From: Lytechinus pictus
Taxonomy: Eukaryota
Assembly: GCF_037042905.1 (NCBI RefSeq)
Contig: NC_087251.1
Span: forward strand, 44,702,001 to 44,766,000
Length of the DNA: 64,000 nt
Direction of reading: 5' to 3'
The notes below the pieces were generated by a model, which saw only the letters and a program-made list of their open reading frames with translations, was not told where the DNA came from and did no database searches. Below, one piece after another: positions 41,801 through 53,720 of the stretch (the stretch's first letter is position 1; every line of letters begins with the position of its first letter). The translations under genes and the position numbers were made by a program.

Positions 41801-41992
41801 GACTTTGACAATAATTTTGTCATATTGTTGATATTCTTGAAATTAATTATTTTGAGTACATGCAGTTATTGTCACCTGATCCATTGCTCAGACCTCAAAA
41901 ATAATTTTGTCATTATTTCTCTCTCTTTCTTTTTCTCCTTCTGCATAGGTTTAGTACCATCGGCTGTGCTAACTATTACCAGCCCGCAATGA
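24233..41992 (+). CDS. UBXN1: UBX domain-containing protein 1 (SAKS1): UBA - C2H2 finger - coiled coil - UBX, 330 aa, 11 coding exons
   Basis: Exons 24233-24285, 28433-28486, 28891-28979, 33156-33237, 34037-34073, 35703-35797, 36514-36633, 38247-38318, 39055-39217, 40578-40761, 41949-41992. All introns are GT-AG with consistent phases; total 993 nt. UBA: MPTDVETLMEMGFPRNRAEKALAKT...AMDWL. Coiled coil: KPLTEEEKKEQ and ARERVKEQIARDRADR. UBX: RLQIRQTNGS...FSLMTPFPRKIF...LKELGLVPSAVL. Confidence 0.95.
24481..25411. mobile_element. Kolobok-like non-autonomous DNA transposon in UBXN1 intron 1
   Basis: Perfect 16-bp TIR GGACGTTCCACAGTTA / TAACTGTGGAACGTCC flanked by TTAA on both sides. Internal direct duplication at about 24865-24957 and 25299-25390. 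Confidence 0.88.
25460..25930. repeat. Purine (GA/GAAA)-rich low-complexity tract
   Basis: Almost exclusively A/G, with a (GAAA)n run near 25890-25920. Confidence 0.9.
29137..29822. repeat. (GTA)n microsatellite complex interrupted by a SINE-like fragment at about 29420-29525
   Basis: Long AGT/GTA runs. The segment GGTAGTTTTATTTCCAGGTCTATTGGT is duplicated. Confidence 0.9.
30677..31831. mobile_element. Probable Kolobok-like non-autonomous element
   Basis: 10-bp TIR GGTGGTCTGT / ACAGACCACC. The right flank is TTAA and the left flank is degenerate (TGTA). Confidence 0.5.
31840..32960 (+). mobile_element. Helentron-associated (HINE/DINE-1-like) element fragments
   Basis: A 3' end GCAGGTGAGACTTCCAGAGGCATTTTACTTGT at about 32037-32068. 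A 5' start TTTTGTCTAGCCTGC...GCGAGAC at about 32214. Decayed units contain AAGGTCAAAGGTCA. Confidence 0.6.
34625..35369 (+). mobile_element. HINE/DINE-1-like element with a 162-163-bp internal tandem array
   Basis: Units begin CAGGTCACATGA at 34681, 34844, 35006 and about 35173. The 3' end has subterminal GCAGGCGAGAC followed by a short hairpin TGCCAGAGGCG and CTACTTGT. Confidence 0.7.
38545..39010 (+). mobile_element. RTE-clade LINE 3' remnant (pseudogenised)
   Basis: Translates to AIMTYGSETW...MERKML...IKWRWAGHLAR...EEAFTLQW with a frameshift and in-frame stops, followed by a (GAT)n tail. These motifs are characteristic of the RTE C-terminus. Confidence 0.88.
39290..39863. mobile_element. 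Kolobok-like MITE family A, second copy
   Basis: TTAA|AGGACAAGTCCACCCCAAC... is colinear with 10708-11309; the right terminus is clipped. Confidence 0.8.
41441..41480 (+). ncRNA. Minimal type I hammerhead ribozyme-like motif (Penelope-type)
   Basis: CTGAAGA-C-GACAAG(AACACA)CTTGTC-GAAAC-GTC: both core strands, a perfect 6-bp stem II and a palindromic ACGT stem III. Stem I is weak. Confidence 0.6.
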
Positions 41993-42811
41993 TGTGATCC
42001 ATCTTTATATCAAACTCTTCTATATCAACGATACCAGGGTTAGGTGCAAACTGTGATGTTATCTGGGCAGGACCGAGTCTTGTGTATTCCAGTCTGATTT
42101 GATTGATATGGCAATATTATAGCCACATTGCTATGTGGATGTGGTCCATAGTGGCTGGCCCGGAGACTGTTTGGAATTAAGCATAATTTCAGTGATTTTC
42201 ACTGACAAAGTTGCTCTGAACCAATAAGATGCATGGATTTCAGAAGCTTATAACGATTCTCAATGAAAATCATTGACTATTCGTTTCCATGAAAAGCTCC
42301 CCTGGTCTTTATAAAAAGTATCGAGGAATAGTTGTATGAAGCTGTTCGTACAGAAATGGATGACTGGAATTCTGAAGGAGAGATGACATCCCGATTTAGT
42401 TTTACTGCAGTTTCTAGTAACCCCAATTGAATTGCCCCCCCCCCCCCCCAATATTTTTTCATTGACTTTTTTTTATTCTACAGAGTTTGTATTTCAACTC
42501 AAGCTACTTTCAAGTACAAGTGAATGAAAATTCTCTTTGGCTTACCATATTCAACTTTACAGTTTTGTGAAACCTTTCCCAGTTCAGTTATTAGTGACTA
42601 GAGAAGTGTAAAGGCTTTGATGGATGCACACAGAATGCCTTTCAGAAAAGGTAATACCTTTCATTGATCACGCAGTAATGACAAAGAGTCAGCAATGTTC
42701 GTAATGCCACCCCGAGGTTTTGTATTTATTTTGGCTACTAATAAATGGCCTAATTCTCAGAGCATCTAGCACCAAGATTACTCAACCTACAGAAGCTTTG
42801 AAGTGCCATCG

Positions 42812-43561
42812 ACTTGTTGAGATGGCAAGATGATCTATCTCGCCAGGTCGACATAACGTTATTATGTCAACATTGCGAGATACGTCATCTCACCAAGTCG
42901 ACTTACAAAAAGTTTGATGTCAACATGGCGAGATACATTATCTCACTGAGTTGACATGAAAAGTTGTAGGTCAACATTGCGAGATACGTTATCTCGCTCT
43001 GTTGACATGTAAAAAGTAAAACGCAGATTTGATTTTACATCCACAGTGTGCCAACTCGCAGAGTCGCCTTACGAAAAAGTTGTATGTCAAGTTGACAAAT
43101 GAAATATGATATCTCGCCAATTCAACTTAGGAAAAGTAGTATGTCAACATGGTGAAATACGTTATCTCGCCAAGTTGACATAATACACATGGCGAGATAC
43201 ATTATCTTGCCAAGTTGACAAACTACTTTTCGCATGTCAACGTGGTGAGATACATTGTCTCGCCATATTGACATCAAGAATTTGGATGCCAACATGGCCA
43301 GATGCGTCATTTCTCCATGTTGACATATAAAAAGTAACTGGAGAAATTTGATTTTTTTTTTTATCAACAGCATGCACACACCACATCCAGTTGGAAGCGA
43401 ATCCAGGCCATGGCGTGACTGGCTAAAGATCAACGTCCATGTGCACGCGCTGTGAAATATATTATTAAATCTCGCAACTTTCTTTTTATCTCACCATGTT
43501 GACATACCTCTTCTTGTTTGTCGACTTGGCAAGATAAATTATCTCGCCATCTCAACAAGTC
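42812..43561. repeat. Fold-back element composed of tandem palindromic units of about 55 bp
   Basis: Terminal GACTTGTTGAGATGGC / GCCATCTCAACAAGTC inverted pair. Repeated TGTCAACATGGCGAGATACGTTATCTCGCCAAGTTGACA palindromes. Confidence 0.8.
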
Positions 43562-44014
43562 AAGACTAAGTGGTGTTGGAATAAATGGTTAGAAGATGAA
43601 CTGGTTAAGATGAATTCGGAGAGACCATATTGAATGATTTCATACGATATGAAGTCGATTTGAACCGTTCATGAAAAATCACACATGCACATTTGATGAA
43701 TTTCGCCAAATATTCATTAGTGTTTTTCTCATAATTGTGCTTTGATTAAAACCAGCATTATATCGGTTAATTTCTCCATATGTTCTGATATTTTGGTTTT
43801 CAGTAATTTTAGAAAGACCGGAGGTTGAGGGACGAATCGCTGATTTTATCAGCAATGCAAGTTGCATTTAAGACACATGTTCCAATGATACTCTAAGTCA
43901 AATTCCTTTAGAAATTTGTTCAAAGTAAGATCTTGTCCATCTTTTTTTAAATAAATAGCTTGAGATGCAATGAATAACCTGTCAGTCTCCTTGATTGCTG
44001 TGGGATTGTGGTCT

Positions 44015-44284
44015 GGGCCCTTTTTTACAAAGAGTTACGATTGATTTAATCAATCTCAACTATGGAAATCCATCAATTCCATAACTTTTTTCTACAGGAA
44101 GTATGCCTAATCTTCTTAGTAAACGCAGAGAATCACACTGAATCTTCAAGAGAATGATGAATGTATGAATATACATTATATCTAGAAATTTTTTTTAACA
44201 AAATCGCTTTGTAGATGTTGACGTTGCTGGCCGTCCATAGTTGTGATTGATCGGATCAATCGCAGCTCTTTGTAAGATGGGCCC
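44015..44284 (+). mobile_element. Harbinger-like MITE (GGGCCC termini), copy 1
   Basis: GGGCCC..TTACAAAGAGTTACGATTGAT / ATCAATCGCAGCTCTTTGTAAGATGGGCCC; colinear with 49521-49793. Confidence 0.8.
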
Positions 44285-44892
44285 GTGGTTGTCTGTTGTT
44301 GCTTCTAGCATTCAAAACATTTTTGTGTGAGGGGCACTTAGAGAAAACTGCAAATCATATTCCTGCCTTTGTCTTGTTTTGCAATTTCTGAGTAGGTGTC
44401 ACTTATCCCTATCCTTAGCAACAACTATTTTATTATATTGAATCAGTTTTGGTCATTCAAAAGAAATAGAAAATCCCAGCACCATTGCATATAATGTTGT
44501 AGCCAGCTGTATATGTACATCATGGTACAAGATGTTTGTGCCTGACAACAGTGTATTGAGGCAACAAAGTTGCTAAAAACATGTCTTGTTTTCGTATTGT
44601 ATAAGCAACTGTACAAAAGAGAAAATTGCTTCATTTGTGTAATAAAATTTAGAACTAAGAATATAAATACTGCAGTTAGGATGATGTTTGTTTGTGAAAT
44701 GTTACATGAGGAATGTTAATTCATTGCGAGTCGAGTAAGCCAGAGAAAGATCAATGTTTTTCCCCCTGGAAACCCACTGCATACTATGTACCATGCATTA
44801 CCCCATATTCACTAAAAGTAGTTGTGTTTCTACCGAGATCAAAAATGTGAGGTGATGCGGTATCATGCAAGGTGTCCCGTAAGGTCACGAAG

Positions 44893-45092
44893 TAGTCTGC
44901 AGGCACAGACCCTTGGTTTTTGCAATTTGCACAGTGCATAATTCAGAGTCTGAAGTTGTGAGACTAGATTCATTATGTACTGTGGCTGACTCTAACTTAC
45001 TTGACACAGACAGAGCCTTTGGTGTCTAGTCTTCACTCTAGACATGGTATAATTGGTTACAGTGTCAAATAGGAGTCTGTGATCGCAGACTA
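44893..45092. mobile_element. TAGTCT...AGACTA-terminated MITE (Academ-like termini, tentative)
   Basis: TAGTCTGCAGGCACAGAC / GTCTGTGATCGCAGACTA. The same left end occurs at about 17420, and internal similarity is seen at about 40175-40295. Confidence 0.55.
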
Positions 45093-45515
45093 GTCACTTG
45101 TACAACTTTATGGTACAGTTGCATTTTGCTGCATGGTCTGTAACGTCTAACAATCTTGCTAACTATCGCATTGCATTGTTTACAAGTTAACGGTGAATGA
45201 AGCCATGCAAGTCAGGGTGGCGAGTTACGGGCATCTCTGATCGAGTGTTCTAAATGGCATCAATTAAAGTAAGTTAAAAACAATGGGGTAAGAGGGTCCA
45301 GAGAGAGAGAGTTGGAGGGGGAAGGAGAGACGAGATAAAAACAAATGCCAAGATGTTGACTTGAAATACTGCGCTTTCAATTTAATCAGAAGAGCACATT
45401 CCATACTTGAATACAATATGGTTCTATGAACAATTTGCAAAACAATACAATGTACATGAGCATAGAAATGGGTAACAAAATTGTTTTGGGGGACTTCACA
45501 CCATCTAATCTACAG

Positions 45516-45673
45516 GGGCCCGTTTCATAAAGGACTTGCAACTGTTGTAACTTTGCCATAATGGCAACTACCATGGTAACAGGGCTCAGCAGCCAATCAG
45601 AATCAAGGTTTCCATGGTAGTTGCCATAATGGCAAAGTTACAACAGTTGCAAGTCCTTTATGAAACGGGGCCC
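45516..45673. mobile_element. Young palindromic Harbinger-like MITE
   Basis: Near-perfect TIRs of about 60 bp (GGGCCCGTTTCATAAAGGACTTGCAACTGTTGTAACTTTGCCAT...) flanked by a 3-bp direct repeat CAG. Confidence 0.88.
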
Positions 45674-47431
45674 CAGATCTATACTGTAGTACGACATACA
45701 GTACTTCATGGAAAGTCATTGTTATAACCTATATTTCTGTGTGTTTGAATAGACTCACTTGTCTGTGATCACAGAAACTTTCCATCTTCTTCCATCACTG
45801 TACATTTAGCACCATTCCCATCCCTGCCGGCTCCCATAACCTTCCACTGAAAATACAGTGCTAACTAATAAAGCCTCGCCTGAACGTTGCTTTGTCACAC
45901 AGACTGCTTAGAACATCCTCAGCTGCTAGCAGTCAAGTGATAATTGCTGAAATCAAGTTATAGAACTTCTACATCAGACAAAGCATATTATGGAATTGTC
46001 TCTTTTTTGTTTTATTTTAAATAATGCCATTCAGAAATCGACAGTCAATTCCATAAAATTAACTTTTGTCAATGTCCAGCCCCATTTTTTTTTTCATTTT
46101 CCTTTACGAACTGCTCAAGCCATGATAAATTAGCGCATAAGAACCTTTCATATTAACCACAAGACAGACAAATTATTTCAGAAAGGTCGCAAATATAGGG
46201 GGTCAGGGGTACATACTTCATGGAAATGCCCAAATTATGTTCAAATGTTCTCTGAGAACATGACATCAAAATATATTTACATGGACTAAACCATAACTTA
46301 CGATGGTTTTGAGAATATGATACATCGACAAGATTAACAAATATTGCACTATTCATAAATTTTCTCTGAATGAACACGTGTTAGGACAATCACATCTCTG
46401 TTAGTAAAGTTGCATGACTCATGTTTTTGTTTCTGTACTTTTCAATAAAGTACGTTTCAATTTTATCATTACTAATAATACTATACAAATATCATTTCGG
46501 TTTGAAAAAATACTGTGTGATATCACCACTTACGATAAGCTTTTATAGAGCAATCAGCAACTGACCTCTTCAAGTAGAAAAACCTTCAACCTTAAGGCTC
46601 TTTGGTAAATTGAACTGAATATGCACTCATGTTTGATATGGAACTGTATGAATATTCAGTCACAAAAGTGCTTAAAGATAAAGCGGAGTCAATCGTACCA
46701 CTACTCAAAAGAGAAAGATAGTTTAAAACTAAAAGGCCAGGGGGGGCCTCCATGTTTTGTTCAACAAATCTGCTGTGCGAATTTATTTGACCTTATTTGA
46801 ATTTAATTTCAAGTCTTGCCCAACATTTGAGTTTGAATTTGCGACACTAGCAGTCTACCTCGCTTTCCACTAAGCCCAATTCAATGCATCTTCTATCATC
46901 AACCCTGACGTAAAATAAATTGTCAACATCCCCCTTTAGAAAGAAGGTCCCAAAAGTAGAGATTCCACCATATAAAGGAAACACCCAGTGTATTGTCCAT
47001 GTTAACATCCTCAACACTGAATGATTCAATCCACTTTGCACCAAGCAATTCGTAATACTTGATAATAAGGGGATTTAAGCTCTCAAAATTGAGATGCAAG
47101 GTCACGTATGACCACATGAAACATCGGAAAAACCTTGTCCACCAATCCAAGGTCTTGTTTCCGCATACTCGTATCAGTCTGGATTTTACGTTCAACATTG
47201 TACCTGCACACCTCCATGGGTTCGCTTTCATACAGTATTTCTAAGTAGTTTCTAGAGATATGAGAACTAAAAACTGCATGACTCATTGTAAAGAGCTCTT
47301 CCAACAATCCTAGGTCTTGTTTCCGCATATCAGTCTGGATATGCTTATAAGCACACCTCACGGGTTTGCTATATATATATATATAGTATTTCTCAGAAGT
47401 CTCTTGCACACAAAGTGTCTTTGAGCAGCAA

Positions 47432-50400
47432 TCAGCTGTGATACATCCTAATGACACACTTCCTGAGGGTTGACATGTAACGCTCCAGGATGGAATGTAG
47501 CCGTGGATGTCTATTTGCAAAAAGAATAAATATACAAAAAAGTTATAACATCTCTGCCTTATTTGGGTATGTAAAATACACTAAAAACAAAGAAAAATGT
47601 GTGTGTGCACAAATTGTCAGAGTATGATATTTCCTTGTCACATTTTAAAGAAACGATGCATGAACACTTCATTATACGATCTATCTAAACTTGATTTGAG
47701 GCTGTGTTCAAACTATCAAACAAAGACATCAGGCAAAACACATCTAATCAAAATTTATTATTGATTATAATCTAGAGTAAGTTGTAGAAAACATTATTCA
47801 ATTGCTAGAGGAGCAAAATTGACCAGTCAAAAACTATCAAGGATAATCATTCTATAATTGTTTGTGGAGTGTTGTGGCCCAGTGGATTAGTCTCTGGACC
47901 TTGAAATAGAGTCATGGGCTTATTCAAATGCCAGCCATGACAATTTTCTTCCACAAGAAGTTGATCCACATTGTGCTGCATTCAACCCAGGCAATGGTAA
48001 ATGGTACCTGGCAGGAATATTTTTTGTAAAATGTTTGTGTGCTGTAAAAAATTTGCCAGGCTAAAGCCAGGGTAACACTATCCAAGTCCCCTTAGAAGTG
48101 CCTTGACATACTGTTTTGTTTAGTATCATCATCATCATCATCATTGGTATTATTATTATCATCGGTATAAAATACAGAATCACTTCTCACCTGCCCATTG
48201 CTTCAACTTGGTAACTACTGCTGGTATACACGGTGAGAAACTTGCTCATATCATCCGCCGTCCAGAACGACTGTCTACATGGCTCAACAATCTAAGAGGA
48301 AGAAATAAAGAATGTGGATTATTTCTTAACCTGAGTCAGTATTCAATTCAGAGCATTTATGGATTAATTAGATAACTTTTCATTTTATTTGGCTAGGCAA
48401 AATTTTTTTACTCCTATTCAGATCACTTTTAAGTATTTTACTTGATCGTCACATAGTCTAGGCCAAATAATGTGCAATGTATGTATCCAGTAAACAATTG
48501 CCCCTTAATGTTCATGATTTTTTTTCTTTGTTGTGTACTTACAAATAAATCTCAATATATATGTAATAATGTATTATTATCAATATCTGTGAGAATGATT
48601 TGTGTTTACCTTCTCTATGACATCATTGAAGAAGTCCCTGAGTTCTTTTGAGTGTATCATTCCACAAGCAATGCTGATGATGGCCCGAGAAACAGTCTGA
48701 TTTTGTGAGTGAGAAAGAGGATACAAATAGAGTGTTATAGCAAGATAACAATATGCTAAATTAGTAGGGAAGGGTATTTATCAAATTTGTGAATATTAAG
48801 GATCGTTGTTTTGCATTGAAAAGTTCAACTTTTCTTCTAAACACACTGGAAAAATTAACCTCAAAATTTATGCTATCCACGGCACATCGTTGATAAAGTC
48901 TGCAGTGGATAGCCAAAAAGTTTGAGGTAAATTTTCCATTGCATTGAGAACAAAAGCTGAGTTTCTCAATATCTTCAACCAACACAGATGAACTTTTATG
49001 GTCGGAATGTTGTTTTGTGGCATCTCATTTTCAGAAAGTGGTAATAAGGAAAGAAGTAACTGCCAATAGTTGATAACCAATGCAAATGATATTATGAATG
49101 AGCATAACCAGTAGGAGGGTGAATGCAAAAAGTTACAATATACTATCCTGTCATCACTATAATTATGAAGACCCACGTTTTCTGCTAGACATAACTTTTT
49201 TTTGGAGGAGTCTGCACCATCGAAAATCTTTCAAATGAATATACATGTTTTCCATACAAATATGATCATTACAATCATTACATTCACCACTATCATCAAG
49301 TTGGTTCCTTCACAAATGAACGTACCTTGAAATCCCCTTCGATATCCGAATAGGCCCGATCTGTGATCTTTCCTTTGATGGAGTTGCTCAGCAATCTACA
49401 AATCAAGAGAGAGATCAACAGAACTGGAATGTTTCACAAAAAGTTTTGACAACAATGATTTTCACTGATCTACTGCAAATCCTCACAAGTCCTTTCATGA
49501 AATGCTCTCAAAGACAATCTGGGCCCCGTCTTACAAAGAGTTACGATTGATCCGATCAATCTCAAGTATGTGGAAATCCATCAATGTCATAATTTTTTCT
49601 TCAAGAAATTTGCTCAATGTCCTTTGAAAACAAAGAGAAGCATACTTAATTGTCTGGAAAACGTTGAATGTATGAATACACATCATTTCTAGAAAATATT
49701 TTGAACAAATATGTATTTTAGACGTTGACGTTGCTGGCTTTCCATAGTTGCATGTTGATTGGATCAATCGCAACTCTTTGTAAGACGGGCCCCTAATTTC
49801 TTTCTTGGAAACCTGCAATGTAGTATTGTGGTATTTCATCCAACATTTATTAAAATTTCTGCATTGCTTAAAAAAATTCAGTGAATATATGAAAATAAAG
49901 GAGTCAATGGTATTTCACACTCGAAATACATTGAATAATATGGAATTTCAAATATTCAAATTTTTCATTTTATTTTTGGTCAACAAATCTGTACAGCAAG
50001 AGGAAAATATGAATGTAACATATATCTAACTGCTAAACATTAATGCTAATTAATGTGAAAGTGATACAATTAACGAATATATATATGAAAGTATCTGGAT
50101 ACAAGTATGGGCCAAATATTTTGTCATACTTACGTTCTATGTTGGTCACTTGCATCTTTATCATACGCTAGAAACTTGAGTTCTCTCAGCATCTGAAGAA
50201 ATTCCCGGTCAAAATCTGCATCTAAGTCTTCTTTTCTGGAATCTGGATTATAGAAATAGAGCAGACTGGAATTAATCATCAACCCTTGTTTCTCAAGCAC
50301 ATTAACAATTAATTATACTTTGCTATTTTACATTTGTTCAGTCCTTTCTTTGGGGGCCAGGCTAACCCAATTGGTTACATCATTCTTTCCTTTTCAACCA

Positions 50401-53400
50401 TGAGATTTGTCAGTACTTGCTAGGGAACAAAATAATGAAATAAAGTATCTATGCAAGTTGAAGCCAGGGTAGTAGTGTGGAGCTCAAGACATGGTGGCCT
50501 GAATGGGCAAAATTCTTGTTTGGGTTTTTTTCTTAACAAGTTTTAGCCCCCTCCTTAGTGGTCAATTAAAGTATACTAGTAGTAGTCAAATTTGTGTCTG
50601 TACGAGCAGACAAATAATCAGAATACAGAGTTTCCAAGTCGTATGCATTTTCTGTATATAGTACTGAAAAATGAGAAGAAAACTGATGGTTTTATGCAAA
50701 ATACTGATTTCTAAAGATTCAGTTTCATGTGTTGTCCTATGGCATTTCTTTGAAAATACAGATTTCCTCACCAAAATACTGATTTTCAGCTTTAAACATA
50801 CCAAAATGTTCTTGTTCGGGCTGGCAGCTCTGAGAATACCTAAATATGCATTATCATGCAACAAGAATCAATATCGTGAATACAGTACATACCCACAGAA
50901 CCAGCAGTCCAACTGCTGATCATTTCATCAGCACAGTAGGCTAGGTCGTTGAAGGTCAGGTACTGAACACGCTTCTTACCAGTCTCAAACCGATTGTTGG
51001 CAAAGAATACGATGGCAGCGTACTTCCTGATAGTGGAGAAATGAGTTCAGTCACATTTGATATACATCAGCTTCTATTCTCTCATTTAAAGTACAAAGTT
51101 TTCTAAACTATCACAAAAGATCAATATGTAACTTTATCAAAGTAGAATACATTTTATGCAGCTACTTTCATATAGCTATAGTACACAGCTATGATTTCTT
51201 TAGTACATTTCATACTAATCTATTCATCATCTGATTTGTCTTAGCCACTCCTACCCATCCCCCCCCCCAAAAAAAAAAAACATCCTCATACACAAATATT
51301 TATCTGGCAACTAACTTCATTGTGCAGAAGTATACAAATAACAGGAGTAAAATAGGTACCGGTAACTTAAATGCTGATTGTAACAAACTATCAAGTTGTC
51401 ATTGTCTACATACATCTTAGACAGGGAAAGAACATATATGACCTAATAATCATCATGTTACTTACTTGGCTAGCTCTTGCGAGAGGAGAAAATGATTTTG
51501 GATGTTCTTCACCATAGGGCCTTCCATATCCTCAACCGTCTTGAAAACTCTTTTGAAATTATCATACTGCATGTTAGAAAGATGGCGAGAGAAAGTGAAA
51601 CATACAAATGAATACCATATTTAAGAAGTCGTACACTACATTCATAGCCTAAGATTGTGCCATCATTTGAAAATGTGATCATTATAATACAAGTGGATCC
51701 TGTCCAAATAAGAATGTTCAGTTGCCAATGGACAAACTTTGAAATTGTAATTTCTCGCTCCCCAAATCCTTCCCTTATGCCACGATAGATTTGGTTAGAT
51801 AATAGATATATACTGTACTTCTAGACATTGCAATATACATTACCTCTAGTTTGATTGTGTTCAAAAAGAAATTTATGTGAGTGTTGAAAGGAAAACAAAG
51901 AAATTGCATCGATGGCAGGGTGGTAAGAGTTTCATAAAGATGTTCAAGAATTCAATGCACAATGTGAAAGAGTTAAATGCACAATTTATCGAATGACTGG
52001 AATATGTTCTTGAGTGCTCAATCAGCTTAACTTTAATCTGTGCAGGATAAAATTATTGATACTAACAAGCATCTGCACCGAGTTAATTAAGTTAATATGT
52101 TCTTCACTACCCAAAAATGGCAAAATAGAGATAATCAGGAGTATTAAGTTTAGCGCAAAAACACATTACTTATTATGATCTAAAAAAAAAAAAACATTGG
52201 ATAATTTATACCTGTCTCCTGCAGCTTCTAAGAGCAACATTGGTCTTGTCTCTGATCTCATCTAAGTCCTTCCTGTGCCTGCTAGAGAGTTTCTTACCAA
52301 GGATTTCCCTCGCAACCGAGGAATCTAATTCATAGAAACTAGCCAAAAGAGTCAAAGATAAACAATTCATCAATTAATTATTTTGAAAATATGAAATACA
52401 TAAATAAAATAACAAAAATAATACATTCTTGAAAAATATTCAAAGAAATAAGTAATTAACAAATTACATTTAATAATATACAGATAGACAAGAAGTCAAA
52501 TACTTGTCAAAGTACAATCAGATGTGTTATTTATTATTGTTATTTTCTAAGTCGAACAGGTTTCTATCGTCCAAAGTAATTTGACATTATGGGCAGACTC
52601 ATTAGTATTTGAAAATCATTTGAAAATAATGTTAGACAATCGTCAATAGTATATAAATCACAAATATTTATAACAGACCCTGCCTATTTAATGAAAATCT
52701 TTTTCTCAATCTAGAGACAAAGAAAGAAGTCTGGACATACCAACTACCCCTACCCTCCCCCCCCCTCCCCTCCCCCCCCCTCCCCTCCCCCATGCCCGAC
52801 CTTGATCCTTCTACTCACTTTTCTATAAGGAACCCTTGCATGTCTGGAGGAAGTTGAAATAACGGTTGATTGGCAAGAGATAGTGGATTCTGTAGGTGCT
52901 TCTCCATGGCTATGAAGGCCCTGTAGTTGTCGTCTGTATCGTTCTTGATGATCTCAAAGGAGTAGCCTGGTTTCTCGCGATTGACCTTCTGGTGTCTCCT
53001 CCTGGCTGCTTCATAAGCTAGGCAATAATACAGAGGATGAAGCAAACAGAAATTTGATAACCTGTATTTTATAAGCATAAGTAGATGTCTACACACCTTT
53101 CATGAAGTCGAGATTAATCTGCTCTAGCCCTTGATCTCTAATTGCTCTCAAATTGGCGACAATCCTTTTTAATTTTCTATTCAATTTTCATACTTTGACA
53201 AAATCGATTATGGTCGGATTTAGTCTAATTGCATGATCATAGATTCATAGTAAACTTCTAACAAAAAAGTTGCCGATCGAGAAGTATCAATTTAAACTTC
53301 CAAATTTTATGTCAATGTATTTTCGAGAATTACTAGACTAGCCAGGTCTAACGTTGTCGTTACTTAGATAGAGCTAGATTGAGAAAAAAGTATTAGGGCC

Positions 53401-53720
53401 TATTTATCATTATTTATCAATATTGATAATTGTTATGTTATTGTTTTTATTATCATCATCACCATCATAGTTTTATAGCATAGCCATAGGGTCTATGGTA
53501 TATCTATTGATTTTTCAATAAATAGCAATCTCAATCTTGACTGTCGATGCAACATCATCGTCATCATCATCATCAACAACATTCACATGTCAAAAACGGC
53601 AACAGCAGCAACAAAAACAACACAATTTTTACCAGAATAACCATCCAACCAGTATCTGTAAACTTCAGGATCAACCATAGTGATGTTGCCAACAACGATG
53701 TTGACCATTGTTTCCGACAT
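47432..53720 (-). CDS. FIBP: Acidic FGF intracellular-binding protein, 364 aa, 10 coding exons
   Basis: Exons on the minus strand: 53720-53633, 53017-52819, 52338-52212, 51566-51466, 51026-50893, 50242-50134, 49395-49326, 48696-48610, 48291-48191, 47510-47432. GT-AG introns with consistent phases; total 1095 nt. Diagnostic peptides: [82 protein letters not shown]. Confidence 0.96.
47866..48160 (+). mobile_element. Degenerate tRNA-derived SINE in FIBP intron 9
   Basis: A-box-like TGGCCCAGTGG, decayed B box TTCAAATGCC, central TGCATTCAACCCAGG...TAAATGGTACC, and an (ATC/ATT)n tail. Confidence 0.65.
49521..49793 (+). mobile_element. Harbinger-like MITE (GGGCCC termini), copy 2
   Basis: TIR of about 40 bp: GGGCCCCGTCTTACAAAGAGTTACGATTGATCC / GGATCAATCGCAACTCTTTGTAAGACGGGCCC. 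Confidence 0.85.
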
